A stretch of 64,000 nucleotides of DNA. Source: an uncultured Chloroflexia bacterium (GTDB lineage Bacteria; Chloroflexota; Limnocylindria; Limnocylindrales; CSP1-4). This document shows, in pieces, positions 34,805-44,675 of this stretch. Under the pieces are notes generated by a model. The model searched no databases, was not told the origin of the DNA, and was given only the letters and a program-made list of their open reading frames with translations. Numbering within the stretch: the first letter of the stretch is position 1; the number at the start of each line of letters is the position of its first letter. The position numbers and the translations under genes were made by a program. The stretch spans positions 17,333 through 81,332 of the forward strand of contig CAWDHT010000020.1 of the NCBI GenBank assembly GCA_963802165.1, written 5' to 3'.

Positions 34805-35419
34805 CTATTCGGCCGCCGGCGTCTCGTCGAGCGCCGCCGCCCGCTTCGCCAGGTCCCGCTCGAACATCGGCTTCGCCTTGAGCGCTGCCCTGAGCTCCGC
34901 GTCGGCCTCCGCGAGCTCGGCGAGCCGCTCCGCCACACCCGGCGCCTCGGGGTCCGCCAGCAGCGTCTCGCGCAGCAGGCCGATGTACCGCTCCGTCTCC
35001 GGCCCCTTGAACGCGGCCAGTCCCGCGATCCGCTCCGCGACCTCCTCGTTCCGCCCGGCCACGGACCAGCCCCCGTGCTCGCGCACGAGCAGCTGCAGCT
35101 CTCGCCCCTCGTGGAGCGCGCGGTACCGGAGCGACGGCCCGCCCGTGAACTTGATGACCTGGTCGGGCCGGTAGATCACCATCAGCGAGAGGATGAGGAC
35201 GAAGATGCCGATGTCGAACGGGAGGAAGTTGGGGGAGATCGCAACCAGGAGGCCCACGATCGCGATCGCCATCAGCGCGGCGGCGATGTTGCCGCCGCCG
35301 TACCGCCGAGACCGGTGCTGGAGCTGGACCCACAGCAGGACGGACAGGACGACGATCCCCACGCCGCCGAGGATCAGGAGCAGCGCATGTGCCGGATCGG
35401 GGTCGATGAAGGAGAGCAT
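34805..35419 (-). CDS. Hypothetical membrane protein (3 TM segments plus a helical cytoplasmic domain)
   Basis: The ORF is complete, with TM segments and good codon bias. I recognise no family. Confidence 0.55.
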   Translation of the reverse strand: MLSFIDPDPAHALLLILGGVGIVVLSVLLWVQLQHRSRRYGGGNIAAALMAIAIVGLLVAISPNFLPFDIGIFVLILSLMVIYRPDQVIKFTGGPSLRYRALHEGRELQLLVREHGGWSVAGRNEEVAERIAGLAAFKGPETERYIGLLRETLLADPEAPGVAERLAELAEADAELRAALKAKPMFERDLAKRAAALDETPAAE

Positions 35420-35553
35420 CCGCCAAGGATCGGGCAGAACCTCGAAGCCTGCAACGAGCGGGAGCCCGCGGCGGATCGCGCGAGAGCGACGACACCCGGG
35501 GCCGACCTCGAGATCGGCCCCGGGCGCGGGACCGCCGCATGATCCCAGGGACG

Positions 35554-35829
35554 CTACCGGCCCTCACGCTCCGAGGCGCGGAACTCGATCAGCGAGGAGC
35601 CCTGGGTCGGCACGCCGACCACCCAGTCGGTGCGCTCGGCGGCCCGGTACTGGATCAGCGACTGCACCTCCTCGATCGGGGTCACGGTCGGCACGACGTT
35701 GACGCGAACGGTCATCGCGACGCCGACGACGACGATGAGCGCGATCGCGACGCCGACCGCGATCAGGAAGTTGCGGAACAGGTGATCGCCGGTGACGCCG
35801 GCGTGGTGGGCTGGAACGTGCAGTGCCAT
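35554..35829 (-). CDS. Small single-TM hypothetical protein (91 aa)
   Basis: ATG 35829 follows AGGAGG. The TM segment is FLIAVGVAIALIVVVGVAM. Confidence 0.5.
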   Translation of the reverse strand: MALHVPAHHAGVTGDHLFRNFLIAVGVAIALIVVVGVAMTVRVNVVPTVTPIEEVQSLIQYRAAERTDWVVGVPTQGSSLIEFRASEREGR

Positions 35830-36048
35830 CGCGGCACCTCCTGGTGCCCGCGGGCCCGTCTCGCCAGTGGCTCGGGACCGTCCCGGCGGCAGGGATTTGG
35901 ACGGTCCTTCGCGGCCTCCCGCGTATCCGTTGAGGATCGTGCCTCGCGCAGCTGGCGATTGACAGGGCCGACAGGTGGCGGACGTCGGGGACCGTAACGC
36001 CGCCGCCCGGCCGACGGGTCGCGACCACAACCCGCGCTGCAGCCCGGC

Positions 36049-36987
36049 CTACAGCCCCGAGTACGCGTGGAGCCCGCTGAACCAGAGGCTGCCGGAGTAG
36101 GTCACCAGCACCATCAGGAAGCCGATCACCAGCAGGAGTGCCGCCGGCCGCCCGGCCCATCGCCGCTGGTTGCGCGCGTGGAGGTAGACCGCGTAGATCA
36201 GCCACGTGACCAGGGCCGCCGTCTCCTTGGGGTCCCAGCCCCAGTAGCGTGACCAGGCGATGGACGCCCACCAGGATCCCAGGATGATCATCGTCGCGAA
36301 GATCGGGAAGCCGATGATCACCGAACGGTAGGCCACCTCGTCGAGCGTCTTGTGCGAGGGCAGCCAGGCGAAGCGGTCGCCGGTCCCCTGCGCGAGGTAC
36401 CCGATGCCCGCGGCGAAGGACGTCGCGAAGATCCCGTACGAGATCACCGCCATCCCCACATGGATCGTGAGCAGCGGGGCGTTCTGGAGCGCCGGCACGA
36501 GTGGCTCGATCTCGGACGGCAGCGACGACGCGTACAGCAGCATGACGAGCGCCACGCCCAGCGGGATGAACCCGATCTGGCGGATCGGGTAGCGGCGTGC
36601 CAGGAACAGGTACCCGCCAAGGATGCTGGCCGCGAATGCGACGCTGAACTCGTAGAGGTTCCCGTACGGCCCGCGCCCGACCACGATCCCGCGCAACACC
36701 AGCGACGCCACGAGCAGCCCGAAGGCCAGGACGGTGATGAAGGTTGCCGCCCTCGAGAGCGGAGTGGGGGAGGCGGCCAGCTCGACGGGTGCGGCGGCAG
36801 CTGAGGCCCGCGCCGTGACGAACGAGCCCGTGACACCGCCCGTCGCGAAGGCAGGTCGGACGGCAGGGGCGAGCACGACCGCCCGTCGCCCGTTGGCGAG
36901 GAGCACGGCGTGACCGACGTGGGCCGCGAAGCCGATGGCGGTCGCGATCACGCCGAGGACGAAGAGCAGCGAGGAGGCCTGTGCCAT
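36049..36987 (-). CDS. ccsA: Cytochrome c biogenesis protein CcsA/ResC (system II haem handling)
   Basis: The protein is polytopic and carries the WSRYWGWDPKETAALVTWL (WGxxWxWDPKE) signature. Confidence 0.85.
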   Translation of the reverse strand: MAQASSLLFVLGVIATAIGFAAHVGHAVLLANGRRAVVLAPAVRPAFATGGVTGSFVTARASAAAAPVELAASPTPLSRAATFITVLAFGLLVASLVLRGIVVGRGPYGNLYEFSVAFAASILGGYLFLARRYPIRQIGFIPLGVALVMLLYASSLPSEIEPLVPALQNAPLLTIHVGMAVISYGIFATSFAAGIGYLAQGTGDRFAWLPSHKTLDEVAYRSVIIGFPIFATMIILGSWWASIAWSRYWGWDPKETAALVTWLIYAVYLHARNQRRWAGRPAALLLVIGFLMVLVTYSGSLWFSGLHAYSGL

Positions 36988-37076
36988 GTCGTGTCCCGGG
37001 ACGCTGGGGGCCCGGCGGATGGTTCCGCGGGCCCGTGGGATCGCCGGCGGCCGCCCGCCGGTTGTTCAGCAGTCGT

Positions 37077-37547
37077 TCAGGCGGCGGCGCGCCCGCCCGG
37101 CGGCGGTCCGGCCGGCTGGAGGGAGCGGGTGGTGGGCGTGAGGGTGAAGGAGAGGCCGCAGTTGCCGCAGGTGTCGTCGGCCGCGGTGCGGACCAGCGAG
37201 CACTTGGGGCAGGCCACGACCAGGACCTCCCCGGACGGCGAACGGGTCATGCCCGGTTCGTAGATGACGCCCTCGCGTGGGCTGTACGGCTCCCCGACGG
37301 GGAACACGGGGTTGCCGGCGGCGTCGAGCGGTGCGGCCCGACGGGGATCCGCGTAGGCCACCTTGGGCCGCGGCTTGAGGATGGCGTACCGCACCCAGAG
37401 CAGAAGGAGCAGCGTCAGCAGCGGCCCCACGACGAAGACCAGCAGGAAGACCGAGAGGAGGCCCACCAGCTGCGCCCAGTCCGGGACGATGAACGACTCG
37501 GAGAAAGCGAGGAGGTTGGCCACGATCTGCTGCAGCGTCTCGATCAC
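37077..37547 (-). CDS. Membrane protein with a C-terminal zinc-ribbon (CPKC...CGNC)
   Basis: GTG 37547. The TM segment is LVGLLSVFLLVFVVGPLLTLLLLLWV, and the ribbon is ACPKCSLVRTAADDTCGNCG. Confidence 0.5.
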   Translation of the reverse strand: MIETLQQIVANLLAFSESFIVPDWAQLVGLLSVFLLVFVVGPLLTLLLLLWVRYAILKPRPKVAYADPRRAAPLDAAGNPVFPVGEPYSPREGVIYEPGMTRSPSGEVLVVACPKCSLVRTAADDTCGNCGLSFTLTPTTRSLQPAGPPPGGRAAA

Positions 37548-37614
37548 GCGCAGATGCTAACAGGAGGCGTCACGCCGGCGCAGGGGCGCGGCCGGGGGGA
37601 TGCGGCCCGAGGGG

Positions 37615-38232
37615 TCAGCCGGGTGCGTGCGGGTGGCGCTTGTGGCGGGCGACCTTGTTGGGCGTCCCGGACTTGGTGGTCGCGCCGCGCCCCGGCTTCC
37701 ATCCCTTGCGCTGTTCGTCACCGGACGCGTTCGAGGCCTGGCTGGCCGTCCCGGGGGGCCGGCCCGCGCCGATCCCGGGCCGGCGTGACCCCGTGGCCGT
37801 GACGGATGGGGCCGGGACGTTGAGCTTGCCGATGAACCACTGGAGGGGGGCGGTGCGCGCGCCCTTCGCCGCGAGGTGGTCGCGCAGCCCACGGTCGTTG
37901 GTCACCACCAGCACCCGGTCTGCCGCCGCGGGCCCGCCGCCGTGCATCGTGGCCTCGGAGACCAGGTCCAGGATCGTGTCATCGGCGGTCCTCCGACCCG
38001 AGTAGCGGACCACCATCTTCTGGGCGAGGCGGCCGTAGACGCCGTGGCCGACCCCGTCGAACACGAGGTCGATCGTGATCGGCAGGGGCACCGCTCCGCG
38101 GATCCGCCCGACGATCGCCGATGGCGGGGCCGCCCCGCCAGCCCCCGTCCCGAGGCGGTAGAGCAGGTTGGTGCCGTCGATGATGAGGCGGTCGGTGCCG
38201 TCGAAGGGCGTGGTGCGGGGGGCCGGGGGCAT
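37615..38232 (-). CDS. NYN/PIN-like domain protein (YacP/Rae1-like) with a basic tail
   Basis: The sequence is RLIIDGTNLLYRL...ITIDLVFDG...VVRYSG..TADDTILDLV...VLVVTNDRGLRDHLAAKGARTAPLQWF. Confidence 0.6.
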   Translation of the reverse strand: MPPAPRTTPFDGTDRLIIDGTNLLYRLGTGAGGAAPPSAIVGRIRGAVPLPITIDLVFDGVGHGVYGRLAQKMVVRYSGRRTADDTILDLVSEATMHGGGPAAADRVLVVTNDRGLRDHLAAKGARTAPLQWFIGKLNVPAPSVTATGSRRPGIGAGRPPGTASQASNASGDEQRKGWKPGRGATTKSGTPNKVARHKRHPHAPG

Positions 38233-38254
38233 GCGCAGACGGTAGCATCGTGCG

Positions 38255-39101
38255 GTGCTCCTCCTCGTCGATCTCGATGGTGTCGTCTACCGCGCCTCCG
38301 AGGGCGTGCCCGGCGTCGGGCCGGCACTGGCCGCCCGCGCGGCGCTGGGCGACATCGTGGTCTACGTGACGAACAACGCGATGCACTACCACGGCGACTA
38401 CCTCCCCCGGCTGGCGGGCCACGGTGCGCCCGTGGGGCTGGACCGGGTCGTCACCAGCGCGCGGGCCAGCGCCCTGTACGTGCGCGATGCGATGCCCGGC
38501 GTCCGGCGCGTGCTCGCCGTGGGTGCCGCGGGCCTGGAGCGCGAGCTTCGCGAGGCCGGGTTCGACGTGGTGACCGCCGCGTACGCCGCCACCCGCATGA
38601 GCCAGGAGGGGATCGACGGCTGGGCAGCCGCGGAGCATCCCGACGTGGTGGTGGTGGGCCTGGACCCGCAGCTGACCTACCTGCGGATTGCCGCCGCCGC
38701 CGATTGCATCCGGGCGGGTGCGGTGCTGGTGGCCACGAACCGGGATCCCCTCTACCCCACCGAGCGCGGCTTCCGGCCGGGTGCCGGTGCCGTCGTGGCC
38801 GCCATCGAGACGGCGGCCCGCACGACGGCGCGCGTGACGATCGGCAAGCCCGAGCCGTACCTGCTCCTGGCGGCGGCCATGTCCGTAGGGGCGGACGTGC
38901 GGCGGGCCGTGATGATCGGCGATGCGCTCACGGACATCGCTGCCGGGTCGCGCGGTGGGTGCCCGCACGGTGCTGATGCTGACCGGCGTGACCACCCGCG
39001 AGATGGCCGACGCCATCCCCGATGCCGAGCGTCCGACGCGCATCGCCGCGGACGCCGTCGAGCTCAGCGCGGTTCTGGCGGAGCTGGCGGCCGAGGGGTA
39101 G
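38255..39101 (+). pseudogene. HAD-IIA family phosphatase (NagD-like), frameshifted near the 3' end
   Basis: The N-terminal frame reads LLLVDLDGVVYRASEGVPG...VTNNA...ATNRDPLYPTE...IGKPEPYLL...VMIGDALTDIAAG. The canonical continuation RAVGARTVLMLTGVTTREMADAIP...AELAAEG* (TAG 39099-39101) is in the +1 frame. The extra t is at 38948. Confidence 0.75.
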
Positions 39102-39378
39102 ACCGCGGGCGGCTCGCCAGCCTGCGCAGCCGCCGCACCACGAACGGGTAGAGCGCCGCGGCGGCCAGGATCCCGAGGACCGTACCTGCCGCCACGACGT
39201 AGAGCTCCTGGCCGGTGAACAGCGTGAAGCCGAACAGGAGGAACGGCAGCCGGCCCACGACGAGGACGGCAGAGGTGCGATCCGAGATCCGGCCGGCCCG
39301 CCACAGGCTCTCCTCCCAGAGGCGCGTCGCGATCAGCGCGAAGACCAGCAGCGCGAGGACGATGTTCTGCGGCGTCAC
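39064..39378 (-). CDS. Small membrane protein (3 TM segments)
   Basis: GTG 39378 lies 7 nt after the add stop. TM segments include IVLALLVFALIATRLW and LPFLLFGFTLFTG. Confidence 0.45.
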   Translation of the reverse strand: MTPQNIVLALLVFALIATRLWEESLWRAGRISDRTSAVLVVGRLPFLLFGFTLFTGQELYVVAAGTVLGILAAAALYPFVVRRLRRLASRPRSTPRPPAPPEPR

Positions 39379-39385
39379 CGCCGGC

Positions 39386-40447
39386 TCACCTGTGGATCAG
39401 CTCCGGGATGCCGGCGCTCCAGGCGAGGAACTCCTCGCGCAGGTCCTCCTTGGTGGGCTCGCCGCAGAACGCGGCCTCGATGGCCGCGGTGTTCACGGCC
39501 CACAGCTCGGGCAGCGTGACGCCCAGCTGTTCGACCGCCCGCGCGTACTCCTCGGAGAGGGTGATGTCGGACACCGTCAGGTCGTCGGTGTTGAGGGTGA
39601 CCCTGACGCCCGCCTGGAGCAGCCGGCGGAAGGGGTGCTCGGCGAAGGTCGGGACGATCCGGGCCTGGTAGTTGGAGGTCAGGCAGAGGTCGAGCCAGAC
39701 CTCCCTCTCGATGAGCTCCCGGACGAGCTCCGGATCGTCGATCGCCAGCGGGCCGTGCGCGATCCGCTCCGGCTCCAGGGCCAGGGCGCGCCTGACCTGC
39801 CCCGCGCCGCCCCACTCGCCGGCGTGCAGGGTGACGTGCAGACCGAGGTCCCGGGCCATGTCGATCGCCCCGCGATGGCGCTCCGGGTCCGGGTAGCGTT
39901 CCTCCGGCCCGGCGAGGTCCACGGCGACCAGTCCGTCCGGGATGCCCTCCTGGACCATGTCGAGCACGAAGTCCAGGTTGGCCTCGGGCGCATGTGACCG
40001 CATCAGCGTGGCGATCAGCCGGACGTCCACGCCGAGCCGCCGGGCGGCCCCGTGGGCACCGCGCCAGACCGCTTCCACGACCTGCCGCCCCGTCAGGCCC
40101 TTGTGCGTGTGGAGCAGGGGCGCCCAGCGGATCTCCATGTAGCGCACGTGGTCGCAGGCCTTGTCCTCGACGAGATCCGCCGCGACACGCTCCACGGCCT
40201 CGGCGTCCTGCATCAGGGCGATCGGGAGATCGAACGCACGCAGCAGCTCGGCCTGATCGTTCACCTGCTCCGGGCCGACCAGCACGGAGCGCATGCCCGC
40301 GAACGTGACGGGCGCCTCGACGCGTCGGGTCCGCGCGATGTCGAGCGCCGTGTCGACGCGCAGGGAGCCGTCGAGGTGCAGGTGGAGCTCCGCCTTGGGC
40401 ATGGCGTGCGTCAGGCTGCGCAGGGTCCGGGCATCCAGCTTGGTCAT
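39386..40447 (-). CDS. add: Adenosine deaminase
   Basis: The sequence is MPKAELHLHLDGSL...RYMEIRWAP...VAVDLAGPE...HVTLHAGEWGG...IAHG...LDLCLTSN...VTLNTDD. The ATG is at 40447. Confidence 0.9.
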   Translation of the reverse strand: MTKLDARTLRSLTHAMPKAELHLHLDGSLRVDTALDIARTRRVEAPVTFAGMRSVLVGPEQVNDQAELLRAFDLPIALMQDAEAVERVAADLVEDKACDHVRYMEIRWAPLLHTHKGLTGRQVVEAVWRGAHGAARRLGVDVRLIATLMRSHAPEANLDFVLDMVQEGIPDGLVAVDLAGPEERYPDPERHRGAIDMARDLGLHVTLHAGEWGGAGQVRRALALEPERIAHGPLAIDDPELVRELIEREVWLDLCLTSNYQARIVPTFAEHPFRRLLQAGVRVTLNTDDLTVSDITLSEEYARAVEQLGVTLPELWAVNTAAIEAAFCGEPTKEDLREEFLAWSAGIPELIHR

Positions 40448-40577
40448 GGGGCGATGGTAGGGCCGACGGCCGATTTGGCGCGAGTCGAGTGCACGATCGA
40501 CCATCCGCCGCCCCACCAGATGCGAACAATGGGTGATCGCGTCCGAGACCGCGACTGCACATCCGGAGCCCACACCG

Positions 40578-41525
40578 ATGTCCACGATCCTCGTCACCGG
40601 CGCCAGCGGATTCGTCGGCAGCCACATGCTCCCCGCCCTGGTCGATGCCGGCCACCGCGTCCTCGCCCTCGTCCGCGACGACGACGGGGCGGCCCAGGTC
40701 AACCGCCGCCTGACCCCATCCCAGCGCGCGGCCGTCGAGATCCGCGTCGGCGACGTCACGAAGCCCGACACCCTGGCCGCCGCTCTCGCCGGCGCGGACG
40801 CGGTCCTCCACCTGGTCGCCGTGCCCCGCGACTGGGACGGCGGTGCCACGCTCCGCCTGGTCAACACCGAGGGAACCCGCAACGTCCTGCGCGCCGCGTC
40901 GGAGGCGGGCGTCCGGCGCTTCGTCCACTTGGGCGCACTGGGCGTCGTGGACGACCCCGACCTGCACTACGGGAGCTCCAAGGTCAAGGGCATGGCGCTG
41001 GTGCGCGAGAGCGGCCTCGACTGGACGATCCTCTCGCCGTCGCTGCTGTTCGGGCCTCGCGACGGGTTCTTCAACATCCTGGGCGACCTGGTCCGGATGT
41101 CGCCGGGCATCGTGCCGATCACCGGCAAGGGCAACGCCCGGTTCCAGCCACTCGCGATCGCCGACCTCGCGCGCGCCGCCGTCCTGACGTTCGGCGACCA
41201 GGCGACGGTCGGCAGGGAGTTCCTGCTGGGCGGGCCGCGCTACTGGACCTATCGCGAGATCGTCGAGGAGGTCCTGCGCGGGATGGGCAAGCGGCGCGCC
41301 CTCGTGCCGATGCCTGTGGCGCTGATCCGCCTCGTCGCCACCGTGGCCGAGAAGATCCGCCTGCCGTTCCCGGTCGCCACGGACCAGCTCCGCCAGCTCA
41401 AGCACGACAATATCGGGCCCCTGGGCGGTGTCTTGGACGGGTTCGGGTTCGAGCCCCGACCGATGGAGGGCGAGCTGACGCACCTGCGTCAGAAGCTCAA
41501 GGACCAGGAGCCCCCCGCGGCCTGA
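40578..41525 (+). CDS. NAD(P)H-binding SDR-family protein (NDUFA9/NmrA-like epimerase-dehydratase fold)
   Basis: The sequence is ILVTGASGFVGSHMLPAL...YGSSKVKGMALVRESGLDWTILSPSLLFG. The ATG is at 40578. Confidence 0.8.
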   Translation: MSTILVTGASGFVGSHMLPALVDAGHRVLALVRDDDGAAQVNRRLTPSQRAAVEIRVGDVTKPDTLAAALAGADAVLHLVAVPRDWDGGATLRLVNTEGTRNVLRAASEAGVRRFVHLGALGVVDDPDLHYGSSKVKGMALVRESGLDWTILSPSLLFGPRDGFFNILGDLVRMSPGIVPITGKGNARFQPLAIADLARAAVLTFGDQATVGREFLLGGPRYWTYREIVEEVLRGMGKRRALVPMPVALIRLVATVAEKIRLPFPVATDQLRQLKHDNIGPLGGVLDGFGFEPRPMEGELTHLRQKLKDQEPPAA

Positions 41526-41596
41526 CGCTGGTCCCTCGATCGCGCAGCGAGCCCCTTCGATCGCGGTCCGACCCGCAACCCGCTACCCTCCGCGTC

Positions 41597-42568
41597 GTGA
41601 ACATCCTGCGGACCGTCGCGACCCGGGTCGTCTGGGTCACCCTCGCGCTGCTGATCGCGTTCGGCTCGGCCGGCATCGTTGCCGCCATGAGCCACGTGCC
41701 GGGCACGGCCGCCCGTCCCGAGCTCACCTGGGCCGGGGACGCGGAGATGGCGTCGGCGCTCGACGCCGCGATGGCGGACCTCGAGGCGCTGGCCGCCGAG
41801 GTTGACACGCTCGGAGCCACCGCGCGGGTTGCCCTGAGCCAGGTGGTCGCCGGTGACGCCGATGCGCTGCGTCGGACGATCTCGACGGGGACGCTGCGCG
41901 TCGCCGAGATCCAGGAATTGAGCTCTGAGCTCGAGCGATCGCTGGCCGCGGTCCCGTATGCGGGCGAGGACTGGGCGCTCCACGTCTCGGCGGAGTCGAG
42001 GTATCGCTTCGACGAGCTCGCCGCGACCGCGGGCGTGACGAAGGGTGTCGGCGACGAGTGGGCAGCGCTCACCGGGCGCTCGATCGACGCCGCTCGCGTG
42101 TCCGCGCTGCTGGCCAACCACGACGAGCAGACGGCCGCAGCGGCGAAGCTGGGATCGGAGGGCAAGTACAAGGCCGCCATCGCCCAGCTCGATGCCTCCG
42201 ACGCCACGATCGCCGATGCCCGTGCGCTGGCCGACCGCCTGGCGGCGACGACGGACGTCAGCACGCTGAGGGCGTGGATCGGCCGCAACGCCGACTACGA
42301 CGTGGCGCTGCGGGTGCTGTACACGGCCCTCATCGAGTCGAAGGCGCGCGTGAACGCCGAGGTCCGCAAGGCGTTCGACCTGGAGCAGCAGGCGCGGACA
42401 CAGCTCCCCGGCGACACGCGGGCCATGGTCGTGATCATGTCCGACATCGCTCAGGGTGGGCTCAACCAGGCCGTCATCGCGATCGAGGAGGCGCGCGGGT
42501 CGCTGGCCGATGCGCTCGAGATCCAGCAGCAGCTTCAAGATGGATCCGGGATCGAGCCCCCTGGCTGA
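41597..42568 (+). CDS. Membrane-anchored hypothetical helical protein
   Basis: GTG 41597. The N-terminal TM segment is VVWVTLALLIAFGSAGIVAAM, followed by an Ala-rich helical ectodomain. Confidence 0.5.
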   Translation: MNILRTVATRVVWVTLALLIAFGSAGIVAAMSHVPGTAARPELTWAGDAEMASALDAAMADLEALAAEVDTLGATARVALSQVVAGDADALRRTISTGTLRVAEIQELSSELERSLAAVPYAGEDWALHVSAESRYRFDELAATAGVTKGVGDEWAALTGRSIDAARVSALLANHDEQTAAAAKLGSEGKYKAAIAQLDASDATIADARALADRLAATTDVSTLRAWIGRNADYDVALRVLYTALIESKARVNAEVRKAFDLEQQARTQLPGDTRAMVVIMSDIAQGGLNQAVIAIEEARGSLADALEIQQQLQDGSGIEPPG

Positions 42569-42708
42569 CGGCGCCCGACCACCGGGAGACGTCGCCCGAT
42601 CAGACAGCGCCCGATCAGACAGCGGGGCGGCGCTACACTCGATCGTAACGTTCGCCTGAGCCATCTCCTGGCCGCCCGTCGCGCGGCCTCGAGCACCCGG
42701 AGGTCCTC

Positions 42709-44220
42709 GTGCAGATCCGCGTCGTCGTCGCGCAGCCGTGGGAGGCTGCCGCCCAGCTGCTGGTCGTTCCCATCATCGGCGAGCCCGCCTTCGAGGGGGA
42801 GCTCGATGAGCTCGACCGGCGCACCGAGGGTGAGCTTCGGGCACTGGCGGCGTTCGGTGAGCTCAAGTCCAAGCGCTACTCGACGGCGCTCGCGGCGCCC
42901 GGCGACGTGCCGTCGACGCGGGTCCTCGTCGTCTCCGGGGGGCCTGCTGACGAGTTCGACCGCGAGACCGCCCGGCGCCTCGCCGCCACCGCGATCCGTC
43001 GGCTCATCGGGCGCGAGGTGCGCTCCGTCGCCGTCTGGCTTGCGCCGATCGCCGGAGCCTTGGGGAATGACGTCGCCCTGGCGGCCGAGCTGGTCGCCCG
43101 CGGCGTCGTCGAGGGCGGCTTCGAGCCCAAGACCATCTACCGCGAAGACAGCGATGCGGCGCCTCCGGCCCTGGACGAGCTGGTGCTGCTGGTCCCGGAC
43201 GGTGCGACGGCCGACGCCGAGCGCGGTGCCGAACGCGGCCAGATCATCGGCGAGGGCGCCAACATCGCCCGGCGCCTGGCCAACCGCGCTGCCAACGACG
43301 TGTCGCCGCAGGTCCTGGCCGACGAGGCCCGCGCCATCGCGGAGGCCCACGGGCTGTGGATCGACGTGGTCGACGAGGTACGGGCCGCCGAGCTGGGCAT
43401 GGGCATGTTCCTCGCCGTGGGGCAGGGGAGTGACAACCCGCCGCGGATGATCGTCATGCGCTCCGGCGCCGAGGGGGAGAAGGACGCGCTCGGGCGCCAC
43501 CTGGCGCTGATCGGCAAGGGCGTCTGCTTCGATTCGGGCGGCATCAGCATCAAGCCGGCCGACCGGATGGAAGAGATGAAGATGGACAAGACCGGTGCGT
43601 GCACCGTGATCGCGGCCATCGCCACCGCGTCGCGCCTGGCCCCCGGGCTGCCGCTCCTCGCCGTTGCGCCCGCCGTCGAGAACATGCCCGGCGGGCACGC
43701 GTCGCGGCCTGGCGACATCGTCCGGGCGCTGAACGGCAAGTGGGTCGACCTCATCAACACCGACGCCGAGGGCCGCCTGATCCTGGGCGATGCGATGACC
43801 TATGCCGAGCAGCTGGGCGCCACCCACATGGTGGACGTGGCCACCCTCACCGGCGCCGTGGGACGGGCCATCGGCAACCTCGTCACGGGCGTGTTCGCCA
43901 CTCCCGACCCCTGGTGGGGCGAGGTCGAGGCCGCGGCCGAGCGAGCCGGCGAGCGCTACTGGCGCTTCCCGCTGGTCCAGGACTACATGTCCGAGATGGA
44001 CAGCTGGTACGCGGACTTCCAGAACACGGGCACCAACGACGGCTCGCTCGTGAAGAGCGGCCTGTTCCTGGAGCAGTTCCGGACGGTGCCGTGGGCGCAC
44101 CTCGACATCGGCGGGACGGCCTACTTCCGCAAGGCCTATCCGTTCGCGACCCGTGGTGCCACGGGCGTCACGCACGCGACGCTGGTCGAGCTCGCCCTGG
44201 CTGGCGCGCCGAAGGCCTGA
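42709..44220 (+). CDS. pepA: Leucyl aminopeptidase (M17)
   Basis: GTG 42709 follows GGAGG. The sequence is GKGVCFDSGGISIKP...DKTGACTV...NTDAEGRLILGDAMTYA. Confidence 0.9.
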   Translation: MQIRVVVAQPWEAAAQLLVVPIIGEPAFEGELDELDRRTEGELRALAAFGELKSKRYSTALAAPGDVPSTRVLVVSGGPADEFDRETARRLAATAIRRLIGREVRSVAVWLAPIAGALGNDVALAAELVARGVVEGGFEPKTIYREDSDAAPPALDELVLLVPDGATADAERGAERGQIIGEGANIARRLANRAANDVSPQVLADEARAIAEAHGLWIDVVDEVRAAELGMGMFLAVGQGSDNPPRMIVMRSGAEGEKDALGRHLALIGKGVCFDSGGISIKPADRMEEMKMDKTGACTVIAAIATASRLAPGLPLLAVAPAVENMPGGHASRPGDIVRALNGKWVDLINTDAEGRLILGDAMTYAEQLGATHMVDVATLTGAVGRAIGNLVTGVFATPDPWWGEVEAAAERAGERYWRFPLVQDYMSEMDSWYADFQNTGTNDGSLVKSGLFLEQFRTVPWAHLDIGGTAYFRKAYPFATRGATGVTHATLVELALAGAPKA

Positions 44221-44258
44221 ACCCGGGCTCTGCCTCCTGCTTGGGGTGACGCCCGGCG

Positions 44259-44510
44259 GCGCCTCCCAGGCGACGACGTCCGGCTCGATGGCATCCGCAC
44301 CAGCTTGCCACCGCAGGCCAGCGCCTGTCAGGCGACGAAGCCAGGCGTCCCGACGCCCCGGCGCAGGGAGTGCCGCGGGCCGGTGCCTGCTAGGCGACGA
44401 AGCCCGGCGTCGCGCCGGCCGGACCGTCTCGATGCCGCTTCGCGGCGATCGTGGGTCGACGGCCGCAGCGGTTGCAGATGGATGACACTGCGAACTCCCG
44501 GGCTTCGTCG
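44259..44510. repeat. Three direct copies of a ~25-nt motif at exact 62-bp spacing plus one inverted copy, in a 455-bp non-coding spacer
   Basis: aggcgacga(c/a)g starts at 44268, 44330 and 44392, each preceded by gcctNNN. The inverted copy ccgggcttcgtcg (44498-44510) is the exact reverse complement of cgacgaagcccgg (44395-44407). Confidence 0.8.
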
Positions 44511-44675
44511 ACTTGATGTCGCCACCGCTGCACGGGAGTTGCTCGGAGCTGCACCGGGGCAGGACTCGTTCGTCTGCTGCACGGGGAAGCCATCGACCGG
44601 GTACCGAGGCCGACTCCCACGCGTATCGCACGCCGGGCACAGGTCGCCGATCGTCGTCCCCGATAGACTCCGGGC

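Noticed and set aside
38232-38255. Divergent NYN and HAD-IIA genes with start codons only 22 bp apart, considered as a sign of mis-called starts or a shared bidirectional leaderless promoter.
   Set aside because: This cannot be resolved from sequence alone. Both N-termini match their families from the first residues, so I left the starts as they are and made no claim.
44259-44510. A CRISPR array.
   Set aside because: Only three direct copies are present. The repeat is short and degenerate at the edges. The 62-bp period comes with non-spacer-like GC-rich filler, an inverted fourth copy is present, and no cas genes are in the window.
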